46,400 nt of DNA, taken from assembly GCA_029549705.1 (NCBI GenBank), contig JAKPIR010000244.1, positions 1 through 46,400 of the forward strand. The letters run 5' to 3'. Under the pieces are notes generated by a model. That model had not been told where the DNA came from. It made no database searches and was given only the letters and a program-made list of their open reading frames with translations. Of this stretch, positions 1-9,403 are shown piece after piece. Each line of letters opens with the position of its first letter. Position 1 is the first letter of the stretch. A program made the translations under genes and the position numbers. Source of the stretch: Pseudomonadota bacterium (GTDB lineage: Bacteria; Pseudomonadota; Gammaproteobacteria; Burkholderiales; Methylophilaceae).

Positions 1-515
1 TTATCAGTTTTACCCGTTTTAGCCAGTGGTGCTACTGGTACACCACGATGAAATTCCATTTGATGCACTTCACCATTGCGGTAAATTTTTAGGCGTAACC
101 AATCAGATAGCGCATTCACCACAGAAACACCCACGCCGTGCAAACCGCCAGAGACTTTATAAGAGTTTTGATCAAACTTGCCACCCGCGTGCAATTCTGT
201 CATCACAATTTCTGCGGCTGAGCGTTTTGGTTCGTGTTTGTCGTCTTCTTTAATATCTGTCGGAATACCACGTCCGTTATCGGATACGCTCACGGAGTTA
301 TCTGGGTGAATAATCACTTTGATGTCATCACAATGGCCGGCTAATGCTTCATCAATCGCGTTATCCAGCACCTCAAACACCATATGGTGTAAGCCTGAAC
401 CATCGGAGGTGTCGCCGATATACATGCCGGGCCGTTTGCGAACTGCGTCTAAGCCTTCTAATATTTTAATACTTGTTGAATCGTAATCTTGATTATTACT
501 TTTTTGCTCAGCCAT
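1..515 (-). CDS. gyrB: DNA gyrase subunit B, 5' part (runs off the window start)
   Basis: Not in the ORF track. Reading the minus strand from ATG at 515 gives [56 protein letters not shown], the GyrB N-terminal GHKL ATPase motifs. It lies directly downstream of dnaN. Confidence 0.97.
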   Translation of the reverse strand, partial: MAEQKSNNQDYDSTSIKILEGLDAVRKRPGMYIGDTSDGSGLHHMVFEVLDNAIDEALAGHCDDIKVIIHPDNSVSVSDNGRGIPTDIKEDDKHEPKRSAAEIVMTELHAGGKFDQNSYKVSGGLHGVGVSVVNALSDWLRLKIYRNGEVHQMEFHRGVPVAPLAKTGKTD

Positions 516-569
516 GTTTGAATGTCTTTATAAAATAATTTGATTTTTTTCTGCTGTTTTCGGTTGTTC

Positions 570-1670
570 TTATATGCGCATAGGCATCACGACATACTTG
601 TAATCTGGTTTATTAGGTACGGTGACCAAGCAGCTGCTATTGGCATCAGAAAATGAAAAAGTGATGTCTTCGCTATTGGCGTTATTTAACACATCGATTA
701 AATAGGTCACGTTAAAACCAATATCCAAGGCGTCACCCTGATAACTCACCTCTAATTCTTCTTCCGCTTCTTCCTGATCGCTATTGGTACTGATGAGTTT
801 GAGGTTATTTTCGCTGATAACCATGCGAATACCACGATATTTTTCATTTGATAAAATAGACGCGCGTTGCATTGCCAACAGCACACCAACCCGATTCGTT
901 GTAAAGCTGTTTTTATGCCCTACGGGAATCACACGGTTGTAATCAGGAAATTTACCATCGATGATTTTTGAAATAAGCCGAATATTTGCAAAACTAAAGT
1001 TCACTTGATTAGCGGACATTTCAATTTGAACATCTTCTTCGCTGTCATCTAGCAATTTAATCAGTTCAATGACGGTTTTACGTGGCAATATTATTTCCTG
1101 CTTTTCATAGTTTTGTTTAAGTTCTGTCGAGGTAAAACTTAAACGATGACCATCGGTACCAACAATGTTTAACCTATTGCCCGTTACTTCAAAGAGTAAG
1201 CCATTCAAATAATAACGGATATCTTGTTGCGCCATCGCAAACTCTACTTGTTTTAACAATTCTTTTAACTGTCGCTGATCGATGGTTACTAACGTGCTCT
1301 CCCCTTGCGTTTTGGTCATCACTGGGTAATCAGCTGCAGGTAGTGTTTGTAAGTTAAAACGGCTTTTGCCCGCCTTTAAAGTAATACGGCTTTCACTGGT
1401 GGCCATATTAATTTCTGCGCTATCTGGTAATGAACGACAAATATCCAGTAACTTTTTAGCAGCAATAGTTGTCGAAAAATCTGCATCAGTTGCACTTTCA
1501 ACCGATAAAGAAATTTGCATTTCTAAATCGGTGGCCGTGAGATGAATCTGGTTTTTTTTAGCATCTATCAACAAGTTAGAAAGAATAGGTAATGTATGTC
1601 TTTTTTCTACAATGCTAGCAACCGATGTTAGGGGTTTCAACAAGGTTTCGCGGTTGATTTTGATATTCAT
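570..1670 (-). CDS. dnaN: DNA polymerase III subunit beta (sliding clamp)
   Basis: 366 aa with TLPILSN, ATDLE, GTDGHRL and C-terminal VVMPMRI motifs; downstream of dnaA. Confidence 0.99.
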   Translation of the reverse strand: MNIKINRETLLKPLTSVASIVEKRHTLPILSNLLIDAKKNQIHLTATDLEMQISLSVESATDADFSTTIAAKKLLDICRSLPDSAEINMATSESRITLKAGKSRFNLQTLPAADYPVMTKTQGESTLVTIDQRQLKELLKQVEFAMAQQDIRYYLNGLLFEVTGNRLNIVGTDGHRLSFTSTELKQNYEKQEIILPRKTVIELIKLLDDSEEDVQIEMSANQVNFSFANIRLISKIIDGKFPDYNRVIPVGHKNSFTTNRVGVLLAMQRASILSNEKYRGIRMVISENNLKLISTNSDQEEAEEELEVSYQGDALDIGFNVTYLIDVLNNANSEDITFSFSDANSSCLVTVPNKPDYKYVVMPMRI

Positions 1671-1967
1671 CTTTTATAACCTAAATAAAATATATATAAA
1701 TAATAATAATAGTAATGCAAAGTATTTTTGTGTATAACCCGTTATTTTACAGCTTAATCATAAGCTTAGTTTATATTTTTCTGTCTTAACAACACCTAAA
1801 TTCTAATGTGGATGAATTGTTGATGATTTCTTTCATTTACATAAATTGCGCGATAACCGCATTTTAATCCACAGAAAATTCATAGCTTGTGTGTAGATAT
1901 CAATCACCCAATTTTACTTAATTTTAAGTGCTTTATTTTTAAATAAGGCAAACGCAAAAAGTAATTA
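1671..1967. other. Probable chromosomal replication origin (oriC)
   Basis: AT-rich dnaA-dnaN intergenic region. DnaA boxes: TGTGTATAA 1729-1737 (consensus match), TGTGGATGA 1807-1815, TGTTGATGA 1818-1826, TAATCCACA 1865-1873. AT cluster and TAA/TAG triplets at 1682-1715; IHF-like AATCATAAGCTTA at 1756-1768. parS cluster nearby and most genes point away from this region. Confidence 0.8.
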
Positions 1968-3386
1968 TTAATCACGAATCACCTGTATTAAAAAACTAAT
2001 ATCACGTGTGTAAGTTGGGTCATTTTTTCTCAATAAATCAATTTCATCACAAGCGTGCATCACAGTGGTATGGTGCCTGCCGCCAAACGCTTCACCAATC
2101 TCAGGAAAGCTGTGGTTAGTGAGTTCACGCGCTAAAGCCATGGCTACCTGACGAGGACGGGCAAAATTACGTGATCTTTTTTTGCTATACATCTCCGCCA
2201 CTTTGATTTTATAGTAATCAGCCACCGTTTTTTGAATATTTTCTAACGTTACCTGACGACCACGCACCGCGATTAAGTCACGTAGCGCGTCTTTGGCTAA
2301 ATGTACATCAATAGCATGGCCAGTGAACTTAGCCATCGCTATAATGCGATTTAAAGCCCCTTCTAATTCACGCACACTAGAGCGAATTTGCTTGGCGACA
2401 AAAAAGGCAACATCCTCAGATAACACCAAATTAACCGCTTCTGCTTTTTTTAATAAAATTGCCACGCGCATTTCAAGTTCGGGCGGTTCAACAGCAACGG
2501 TTAACCCCCAGCTAAAACGGGTTCTTAAACGCTCATCCACATCAATAATTTCTTTTGGGTAGGTGTCACAGGTAATCACAATTTGTTTTTTTGTTTCTAC
2601 CAGTGAGTTAAAAGCATAAAAGAATTCTTCTTGCGTACGCGTTTTTTTGGCAAAAAACTGAATATCGTCAATTAACAGCAAATCCAGAGAATGGTATTTT
2701 TGCTTAAAGTCATCAAACGCTTTATTTTCATAAGCCTTTACGACATCAGACACATATCGTTCAGCATGTAAATAGCGTATTTTAGCTTCAGGATTATGGT
2801 GCTTTAATTCATTGCCAATGGCTTGCAATAAGTGTGTTTTGCCAAGCCCTACGCCGCCATATATAAACAGTGGGTTATAAGCAGCCCCAGGATTTTCAGC
2901 AACTTGAATAGCAGCAGCGCGAGCCAACTGATTTGCCCGGCCGGTGACATAATTATTAAAATTAAAGGCTTCATTCAAGCCGGATTTTTCTTTATGCAAT
3001 GACGGTTTAGAAGCACTGCTGGTTTTTTTAGATGTTTTGCTCGTCACGACTTGCGGAGACAACAACTCTTGGATTACTGCCATCTGATCTGCAGGTTTTG
3101 ACAGTGCGTGGTTGTTGACTAGAGGGGCTTTAGCTACTTGCTCAGGAGGATGGTTTGCCACAGAAAATACAATTTGCACATGATCTAAATTGGATTCATG
3201 CGCGTATTGCTCAATTTTTTTACTAAACCGGTCTTTTACCCATTGCATCACGAATCGATTGGGCGCTACAAGGCGCACGATATTGCCTTCAATTTCGACT
3301 TGTAGCGGTTTAATCCAGGTATTAAATTGCTGAGCTGAAAGCGCGAGTTCTAGGCGTTCGAGGCAAGATGGCCAGAAATTTTCCAT
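1968..3386 (-). CDS. dnaA: Chromosomal replication initiator DnaA
   Basis: YNPLFIYGGVGLGKTHL Walker A, LLLIDDIQF Walker B, RELEGAL and domain IV HTTVMHA. Confidence 0.99.
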   Translation of the reverse strand: MENFWPSCLERLELALSAQQFNTWIKPLQVEIEGNIVRLVAPNRFVMQWVKDRFSKKIEQYAHESNLDHVQIVFSVANHPPEQVAKAPLVNNHALSKPADQMAVIQELLSPQVVTSKTSKKTSSASKPSLHKEKSGLNEAFNFNNYVTGRANQLARAAAIQVAENPGAAYNPLFIYGGVGLGKTHLLQAIGNELKHHNPEAKIRYLHAERYVSDVVKAYENKAFDDFKQKYHSLDLLLIDDIQFFAKKTRTQEEFFYAFNSLVETKKQIVITCDTYPKEIIDVDERLRTRFSWGLTVAVEPPELEMRVAILLKKAEAVNLVLSEDVAFFVAKQIRSSVRELEGALNRIIAMAKFTGHAIDVHLAKDALRDLIAVRGRQVTLENIQKTVADYYKIKVAEMYSKKRSRNFARPRQVAMALARELTNHSFPEIGEAFGGRHHTTVMHACDEIDLLRKNDPTYTRDISFLIQVIRD

Positions 3387-3462
3387 TTTTTAATTGAGTG
3401 ATAGTCCAAAAATAAACGACACGGCATACGCTAAAGATAGAGAGCTATAAAAAAACAAATTT

Positions 3463-3475
3463 AATCAAATAGTTA
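3463..3475 (+). promoter_or_regulatory. IHF-consensus site in the dnaA leader
   Basis: AATCAAATAGTTA matches WATCAANNNNTTR exactly and is preceded by an A-tract. Confidence 0.45.
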
Positions 3476-3528
3476 ATTGATAACTCGCACTTAAAAACCA
3501 AGTCATCGTTACATCCATTAAGCGTGCC

Positions 3529-3559
3529 ATTTTAACGGGTTTACACCAACTTATCCACA
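3529..3559 (-). promoter_or_regulatory. Putative dnaA sigma70 promoter overlapped by a perfect DnaA box (autoregulation)
   Basis: Perfect TTATCCACA at 3551-3559. On the minus strand, -35 TGGATA (3552-3557, inside the box) is followed by 17 nt and -10 TAAAAT (3529-3534). Confidence 0.65.
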
Positions 3560-3592
3560 GGCAAGTTAAAAGTTTACAAAACTAAATAAACA

Positions 3593-3622
3593 TTGACAAA
3601 TTAGATGGTTATCGTGTCTAAT
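3593..3622 (+). promoter_or_regulatory. Putative sigma70 promoter of the rpmH operon
   Basis: TTGACA (3593-3598), 18 nt, TCTAAT (3617-3622), then a GC-rich discriminator AGCGCCC. Confidence 0.55.
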
Positions 3623-3660
3623 AGCGCCCTTTATCGCATAAAGCTTTGCAGGAGCATTAA

Positions 3661-3795
3661 ATGAAACGTACCTATCAACCATCAAAAACACGCCGTGCAC
3701 GTACACATGGCTTTTTAGTTCGTATGGCCACCAAAGGCGGCCGTGCTGTGATTGCAGCGCGTCGTGCTAAGGGCCGTAAACGTTTAGGTCTGTAA
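3661..3795 (+). CDS. rpmH: 50S ribosomal protein L34
   Basis: Below the ORF-track cutoff. Translates to [44 protein letters not shown] (44 aa), with GGAG RBS at 3651-3654. Confidence 0.99.
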   Translation: MKRTYQPSKTRRARTHGFLVRMATKGGRAVIAARRAKGRKRLGL

Positions 3796-3889
3796 TCTTA
3801 GACTCAATTTAACCTGCTAGAACTGGTAAGGTTAAAATGTTGGCAGCATTATTAAACGCGTTAATTTCATATACGGTTTATTTAAAATA

Positions 3890-4300
3890 ATGGTGTCATC
3901 ATATCGGCTTACCAAACAAGCCAAAATGATTAAAACGGATGATTTTTCATCCGTTTTTAGTTTTCGCAAGAGAGTAGCATCCGAGCATTTGATCGTACAT
4001 TATCTGCCCAATCAGCAAGCTTTGGCTAGGCTGGGTTTGGTGATAGGAAAAAAAACCGCCAAATTGGCGGTAAGCAGAAATTACATGAAGCGAGTGTTAC
4101 GCGAGCTATTTCGCTATAAGCAGCACGAAATAACGCATGTGGATTTAATTGTACGTGTGCAAAAAAAGTTTAATCAGAGTGAATTCAAACAGATTAAACA
4201 AGAGTTTGATGTGTTAATGACGAAGTTAAATCATAAAGCGATGTTAAATACGCAAAAAGTAACGCTTGCCCCTTCAGCACAGCTGCAAGAGAGATCATGA
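3890..4300 (+). CDS. rnpA: Ribonuclease P protein component
   Basis: RLGLVIGKKTAKLAVSRNYMKRVLRE (RNR motif); canonical position after rpmH. Confidence 0.95.
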   Translation: MVSSYRLTKQAKMIKTDDFSSVFSFRKRVASEHLIVHYLPNQQALARLGLVIGKKTAKLAVSRNYMKRVLRELFRYKQHEITHVDLIVRVQKKFNQSEFKQIKQEFDVLMTKLNHKAMLNTQKVTLAPSAQLQERS

Positions 4301-4515
4301 ACATAGCAACGCGCTTTTTAGTTGGTTTAGTTAAGATGTACCAAGTGTTCTTGAGCCCATTTTTTGGCCAGCAATGTCGGTTTTACCCAACATGTTCGCA
4401 TTACGCGATTGAAGCCATTCAAAAGCACGGCGCATTGTTAGGAAGTTACTATACCATTCGCCGATTATTACGTTGCAACCCGTGGTGTGAGGGTGGACAC
4501 GATCCCATACCTTAA
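4297..4515 (+). CDS. yidD: Membrane protein insertion efficiency factor YidD
   Basis: CRFYPTCSHYAIEAI...RLLRCNPW...GGHDPIP signature; lies between rnpA and yidC. Confidence 0.96.
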   Translation: MNIATRFLVGLVKMYQVFLSPFFGQQCRFYPTCSHYAIEAIQKHGALLGSYYTIRRLLRCNPWCEGGHDPIP

Positions 4516-4563
4516 GCTGTTTAAATATATCAACGAAATTTTTACAAAGATTACATATCAATC

Positions 4564-6216
4564 ATGGATACTAGGCGCTTAATTCTATTCGTTATATTTT
4601 CAATGTCTATTTTGATGTTGTGGGATGCGTGGCAGCGCCAAAGTGCGCCTGTAGCAACCCAACCAGCGAGCCAAGCGGCAGTGACAGCCAATTCGACAAA
4701 CACCCCGACTAGTCAGGCGGTTGATGTAACGGCAGGCGCGCAAGAGGTTGTCAACGGAACATTCAAGTTGCTAACCGGGCAGCGTATCAAGGTTACAACG
4801 GACTTATACAAAGCGGATATTGAAACAGTTGGCGGAGATTTACGTCGGCTAGAGTTACTTAAACATCGCGCGGCAGACAACGATAAAACAAACTTTGTTT
4901 TGCTGGATGATGCGGCCAAACCAATGACATACGTCGCGCAGACGGGTTTGATTGGTGCGGATTTACCTACACATCATACGGTTTTCAGCAGTCCTGCAAC
5001 AAGTTATCAAATGCAAGAAGGCCAAGATAAGCTGGAGGTGCGCCTGAGCTGGGTCGGCACGAATGGCGTTGCTGTTGATAAAGTGTATACCTTCCATAGA
5101 AATCAGTATGTGATTGATGTGGCATACGAAATTAAGAATGGCTCGACGAATGCCATTGCGCCAGAAGTATATTACCAAATCGTGCATGATAGTGAATCAA
5201 ACCAAGGTTCGGCGTTGATGCCAACATTTACGGGTGGATCATACTATACAGAAGCTAAGAAATTCAATAAGTTAGCCTTTAAAGACATGGCAAAAGAGCC
5301 GCTGAATATCACTTCAAATGATGGCTGGGTGGGCTTGTTGCAACACTATTTTGTGAGCGCTTGGATACCAAAAGACGGGTTAACTCGAAAATTCTATACA
5401 GAACAGTTAGCTGACAATATGTATAGAATTGGTTCAAGAAGTGCGTTAGGAACCATTGCGCCTGAAACTAGCTACAGTATTTCAGCACGGTTATTTTCAG
5501 GCCCGCAAACCAAAAAAGATTTATTAGCAACGGCGCCAGGGCTGGAATATACCGTTGATTATGGCTGGTTAACCATTGTAGCAACACCACTATTTTGGGT
5601 GTTATCCAAAATCCACAGTCTGGTGAATAACTGGGGTGTCGCGATTATTTTACTGACCTTGCTCATTAAAGCAGCGTTTTATCCATTGTCAGCAAAAAGT
5701 TATCGCTCGATGGCACAGATGCGCGAATTAGCGCCGCGTTTAGAATCGATGAAGCAGAAATTTGGGGATGATCGCCAAAAAATGCAGCAAGCGATGATGG
5801 AGCTTTATCGCACAGAAAAAATTAACCCAATGAGTGGATGTTTGCCCATTTTGATTCAAATTCCTGTTTTTATTTCACTTTATTGGATGTTGTTGGGCTC
5901 GGTTGAGTTGCGCCATGCGCCATTCTTTGGCTGGATTCAAGATTTGTCAGCCGTAGATCCATATTACATTTTGCCGCTCATCATGGGCGCTTCAATGATT
6001 ATTCAAACCAAGCTGAACCCAAAACCTACTGACCCAATTCAAGCGAAGGTGATGACATGGATGCCGGTTCTTTTCAGTATCTTCTTCTTTTTCTTCCCTG
6101 CAGGTTTGGTGTTGTACTGGGTGGTAAACAATATTGTTTCCATCTGGCAACAATGGTACATCAACAAAAATATCCACGCAGAAGCTCTAGCCAAAAAAAC
6201 AGGTGGCAAACGCTAA
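4564..6216 (+). CDS. yidC: Membrane protein insertase YidC
   Basis: N-terminal TM, large periplasmic domain, [24 protein letters not shown] and GLVLYW motifs. Confidence 0.99.
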   Translation: MDTRRLILFVIFSMSILMLWDAWQRQSAPVATQPASQAAVTANSTNTPTSQAVDVTAGAQEVVNGTFKLLTGQRIKVTTDLYKADIETVGGDLRRLELLKHRAADNDKTNFVLLDDAAKPMTYVAQTGLIGADLPTHHTVFSSPATSYQMQEGQDKLEVRLSWVGTNGVAVDKVYTFHRNQYVIDVAYEIKNGSTNAIAPEVYYQIVHDSESNQGSALMPTFTGGSYYTEAKKFNKLAFKDMAKEPLNITSNDGWVGLLQHYFVSAWIPKDGLTRKFYTEQLADNMYRIGSRSALGTIAPETSYSISARLFSGPQTKKDLLATAPGLEYTVDYGWLTIVATPLFWVLSKIHSLVNNWGVAIILLTLLIKAAFYPLSAKSYRSMAQMRELAPRLESMKQKFGDDRQKMQQAMMELYRTEKINPMSGCLPILIQIPVFISLYWMLLGSVELRHAPFFGWIQDLSAVDPYYILPLIMGASMIIQTKLNPKPTDPIQAKVMTWMPVLFSIFFFFFPAGLVLYWVVNNIVSIWQQWYINKNIHAEALAKKTGGKR

Positions 6217-7552
6217 TTCTCTAGATACCATTGCCGCAATTGCCACCGCGAGCGGTGCGGGCGGCATTGGTATTGTGCGGGTGTCAGGTCCGGCAGCAGG
6301 CAGCATTGCCACCAATATTTTAGGCACATGCCCTGCACCACGCTTTGCCGCCTATTTACCTTTTAAATTAGAAAATGGCGAGCCGATAGACCGTGGCATT
6401 GCTATTTTTTACCCTAACCCACATTCGTACACTGGTGAAGATGTGCTTGAACTTCAAGCGCATGGCGGCACCGCGCTGATGCAATTATTATTAGCACGTT
6501 GTATCAGCTTGGGCGCACGTCAGGCCGAACCAGGGGAATTTACCCGCCGTGCTTACCTGAATGAAAAAATAGACCTTGCTCAGGCTGAGGCGGTTGCTGA
6601 TGTGATCAATGCGGCAACGGTTGAAGCGGCTAAAAGTGCGGCGCGTTCGTTGTCGGGCGAGTTTTCGCAAACCATCAACGCACTGCTCGGCAAACTGATT
6701 GAGTTGCGAATGTTTGTGGAAGCCTGCCTGGATTTTCCAGAAGAAGAAATTGACTTCATTACCCAAGGCCGCGTGGCTGAGAAGTTAGAAGCCATCATTG
6801 TTGCGTTAAGTGCAGTCTTTGCAAAAGCCAAACAGGGAAGTTTGTTACGAGAAGGCATTAACGTGGTGTTGGTGGGGCAGCCCAATGTTGGAAAATCTAG
6901 TTTGATGAATGCGCTGGCGGGTGAAGAAGTTGCGATAGTGACTGCAATCGCCGGCACAACGCGAGACACGATTAAAAATGCCATACAAATTAATGGCGTT
7001 CCTTTGCACGTGATTGATACGGCAGGATTGCGTGAGACAGAGGATGAAGTAGAAAAATTTGGCATTGCCAGAACTTGGGCATCTCTACAAACGGCCAATA
7101 TCGCATTATTATTGGTTGATGCAGCTCATGGTATTACTGAAACGGAAAAATCGATTCTAGCGCGGTTGCCGCAAGAAATCGCCAAAATTTGGGTACACAA
7201 TAAAATTGATGTTTCACGTGAAACACCAAAATTAGAAGAAATTGCGCATGAAACGCACATTCACCTCTCTGCCAAAACAGGTGACGGCTTAGCGTTGCTC
7301 AAAGCGCAGCTTTTAAAATTAGCCGGTTATCAAGCAGCGGGTGAAGGTGTGTTTATGGCAAGAGCGCGCCATTTAGAAGCACTGCAATCGGTGAAAGCGC
7401 ATTTACAAGAAGCGCGCGCCCAGTTATCTTCATCTGAACTGATTGCCGAGGAGTTACGTTTAGCACAAGAAGCGCTGAGTAGCATCACGGGCGAATTTAC
7501 CCCGGATGACTTGCTGGGCGAAATATTTTCTAAATTTTGTATCGGTAAATAA
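6203..7552 (+). CDS. mnmE: tRNA modification GTPase MnmE (TrmE)
   Basis: [30 protein letters not shown] and C-terminal FSKFCIGK; GTG start overlapping the end of yidC. Confidence 0.99.
   Translation: MANANSLDTIAAIATASGAGGIGIVRVSGPAAGSIATNILGTCPAPRFAAYLPFKLENGEPIDRGIAIFYPNPHSYTGEDVLELQAHGGTALMQLLLARCISLGARQAEPGEFTRRAYLNEKIDLAQAEAVADVINAATVEAAKSAARSLSGEFSQTINALLGKLIELRMFVEACLDFPEEEIDFITQGRVAEKLEAIIVALSAVFAKAKQGSLLREGINVVLVGQPNVGKSSLMNALAGEEVAIVTAIAGTTRDTIKNAIQINGVPLHVIDTAGLRETEDEVEKFGIARTWASLQTANIALLLVDAAHGITETEKSILARLPQEIAKIWVHNKIDVSRETPKLEEIAHETHIHLSAKTGDGLALLKAQLLKLAGYQAAGEGVFMARARHLEALQSVKAHLQEARAQLSSSELIAEELRLAQEALSSITGEFTPDDLLGEIFSKFCIGK
7210..7225. promoter_or_regulatory. parS centromere-like site 1 (inside mnmE)
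   Basis: Perfect TGTTTCACGTGAAACA palindrome. Confidence 0.92.
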
Positions 7553-7562
7553 GCGTTTAAAT

Positions 7563-7592
7563 AAAAAGGCCATCAGAAAGATGGCCTTATTT
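7563..7592. terminator. Bidirectional intrinsic terminator between convergent mnmE and the DUF2853 gene
   Basis: AAGGCCATC-agaaa-GATGGCCTT stem with an A-run on the left and a T-rich tail on the right. Confidence 0.75.
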
Positions 7593-7623
7593 ACTACTAA
7601 AATATCGCAGTTTAATTAAACGA

Positions 7624-7953
7624 TTACTTAATGAACAAATCAAGTTTGTTATATTTTTCAGCAAGAATGTAATAGTAAGCAAGGCGAGATTTAAAATGCT
7701 CATCTTTTAATACCGCGCCAACCGCTTCAACAGCAGCATCCAGTTCCGCATCTGAATTCGTTAAACCTAATTTTTTCTTTAAAAAGTTTTCGCGCACGGT
7801 AATTCTTTCAGATTCGTCAGTTGCTGCTACGTATTGTGAATCTTTATTTGATAACACTAATGCATAGTTTTTTGCCAAGCCATCTAATGCCGCAGTGTTT
7901 AAATTTTTTACATATTTAGCAACGGTTGCTTTGTGTTCTTGAATATCAGCCAT
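7624..7953 (-). CDS. DUF2853-family protein
   Basis: 109 aa; the pattern E-x-x-TVRENFLKKKLGL...ELDAAVEAV...KSRLAYYY resembles DUF2853 (PF11015) as recalled. Strong GAGGAG RBS upstream. Confidence 0.8.
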   Translation of the reverse strand: MADIQEHKATVAKYVKNLNTAALDGLAKNYALVLSNKDSQYVAATDESERITVRENFLKKKLGLTNSDAELDAAVEAVGAVLKDEHFKSRLAYYYILAEKYNKLDLFIK

Positions 7954-8150
7954 TCTTCTCTCCTCAAATTAGTATTATGGAACGAAAACCAAACAATTTT
8001 TGAATCTTATTATCGCAACGTTTAAGCATAAAAGCGCTCACGCACTGGTTTTTATACCGTCTCGCTGACAATACTATAGGCTTATCGTTACCTATCCGTC
8101 AATACCTCTATTATTTGTAAGGGATTGAAAATTGTAAACAATCGTGAAAC

Positions 8151-9068
8151 ATTGCCGGCTACACCACGCAAATCATTAAGCCGCAAGATCCCATGAAATT
8201 CAAAGCCGCCTAGCGCATGGGCAAGCTGTTTAAGAAACCCTGCCGCCCTCCCAGCTTGATAGCAAAATGCGTGAAGCGCTACACGATTTATGTGCGCTGG
8301 ATTGGAGCATAATCTCCCCCGCAATTTTGGGTAGTCTGTTTCAACGTATTATGGTTAGCAATGCGCGGCGTAATTTAGACGCACATTACACCAGTGAAGA
8401 AAATATCTTAAAACTCATTAAGCCCTTGTTTTTATATGCGCTTGGGCAGAATTTTAAAAAGTTTAAAGCAGTATACGTCTCAAAGGCACGCTGCACGTCA
8501 CTTGTGCCAATGCCTTGCAGACAGCTTGGGTTAGCGTTTTGCTACCAGAACAATGCAGTTATATTTAGGTAATACGCCATTTTTGGGTAAAAGCAATCAA
8601 TCTGCCGCATAAAAAGCCGATATGAAAAGTGTGTGCGGTGATATTAAAAACGCCAGCTTACTCGATTTTGTATCGGCTTGGTACGTCAAGGCCGCGCGCT
8701 ATATGGGGTTTGGTAGGATAGGTGCTTCACCGCGAACCAATAATGGTGAAAATGGCATTGATGCTTTCGCAGTCACGGACCGCGCCTACAAAAATATTGA
8801 ATCTGCCGCCAAAGCCGTGCTGACGGCGCGCGCGGCGCACCCCGACGCCAGTTTGGCCGATTTATATGACCCGCTCACCATGCCCGCTATTTTGCTCAAA
8901 GCGCACCAGGTGTTGGATATTGCCGTGGATGCCGCTTATGGCTACAAAGGTGCGCAGACAGACGCCGCGCACGTGGCGTTTTTGTTTAAGCGCTATCAGG
9001 CAATTACCAGCTTATTACCCAGCACCGCTAAGGCAAAAACCGCAAAGCGCAAAACCGCTACAAAATAA
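8151..9068 (+). pseudogene. Relic of an MmeI-like type IIL restriction-modification fusion gene
   Basis: Four collinear fragments: IAGYTTQIIKPQDP..KAA*RMGKL (8151-8228, TAG at 8211); MREAL..ALDWSIISPAILGSLFQ..RRNLDAHYTSEENILKLIKPLFL; CANALQTAW..CSYI/GNTPFLGK..*KADM..LLDFVSAWYVKA (frameshift at ~8567, TAA at 8610); and C-terminal ARAAHPDASLADLYDPLTMP..LLKAHQVLDIAVDAAYG. Confidence 0.9.
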
Positions 9069-9147
9069 GGTAAGCAATCGAGCTGATTTGGGCTGTATTT
9101 GCCCAAACAACAGCATAAAAATTAAACAAAAAAACCATGCTATTTAT

Positions 9148-9250
9148 GACGAGAGAAAAAATATGCTCTGGAAGCTTTTATTTATAAGGCTTCCAGAGCA
9201 TCAAAAAAGGTTGCGCATGAAAAAGCCAGTTTTAAATGGTTTTTTGCCTG
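9148..9250 (-). repeat. Dispersed palindromic element, copy E1 (core 9163-9201)
   Basis: ATGCTCTGGAAGCT-tttatttataa-GGCTTCCAGAGCAT, flanked by GAGAGAAAAAAT and CAAAAAAGGTTGCGC; homologous to the copies at 25142, 37355 and 40426. Outer limits approximate. Confidence 0.85.
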
Positions 9251-9287
9251 ATTTTTAACACGAATACGCAGCAAAATATTTGCACAT

Positions 9288-9331
9288 AAAAAAGGCAATG
9301 TTTCACGTGAAACATTGCCTTTTATTTTTTT
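9288..9331. terminator. 34-bp perfect palindrome (9290-9323) containing parS site 2 (9299-9314); probable bidirectional terminator
   Basis: AAAAGGCAATGTTTCAC|GTGAAACATTGCCTTTT with an A-run on the left and T-runs on the right; ~80 nt downstream of the cytochrome c'' stop. Confidence 0.8.
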
Positions 9332-9403
9332 GCACTTTGTCTATTTTACAAAGTGCGTACTACACAAAAACCAACTTAATTTAATGCGTAATTTACTCGC
9401 GCA

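Noticed and set aside
516-569. No recF between dnaN and gyrB
   Set aside because: This is the usual arrangement in Betaproteobacteria; useful for taxonomy but not novel.
8088-9258. ORFs 8088..8324(-), 8267..8572, 8622..9068 and 8866..9258 as independent genes or a split defence system
   Set aside because: All are explained as pieces or shadows of one decayed MmeI-like gene with stops, frameshifts and a mutated NPPF motif.
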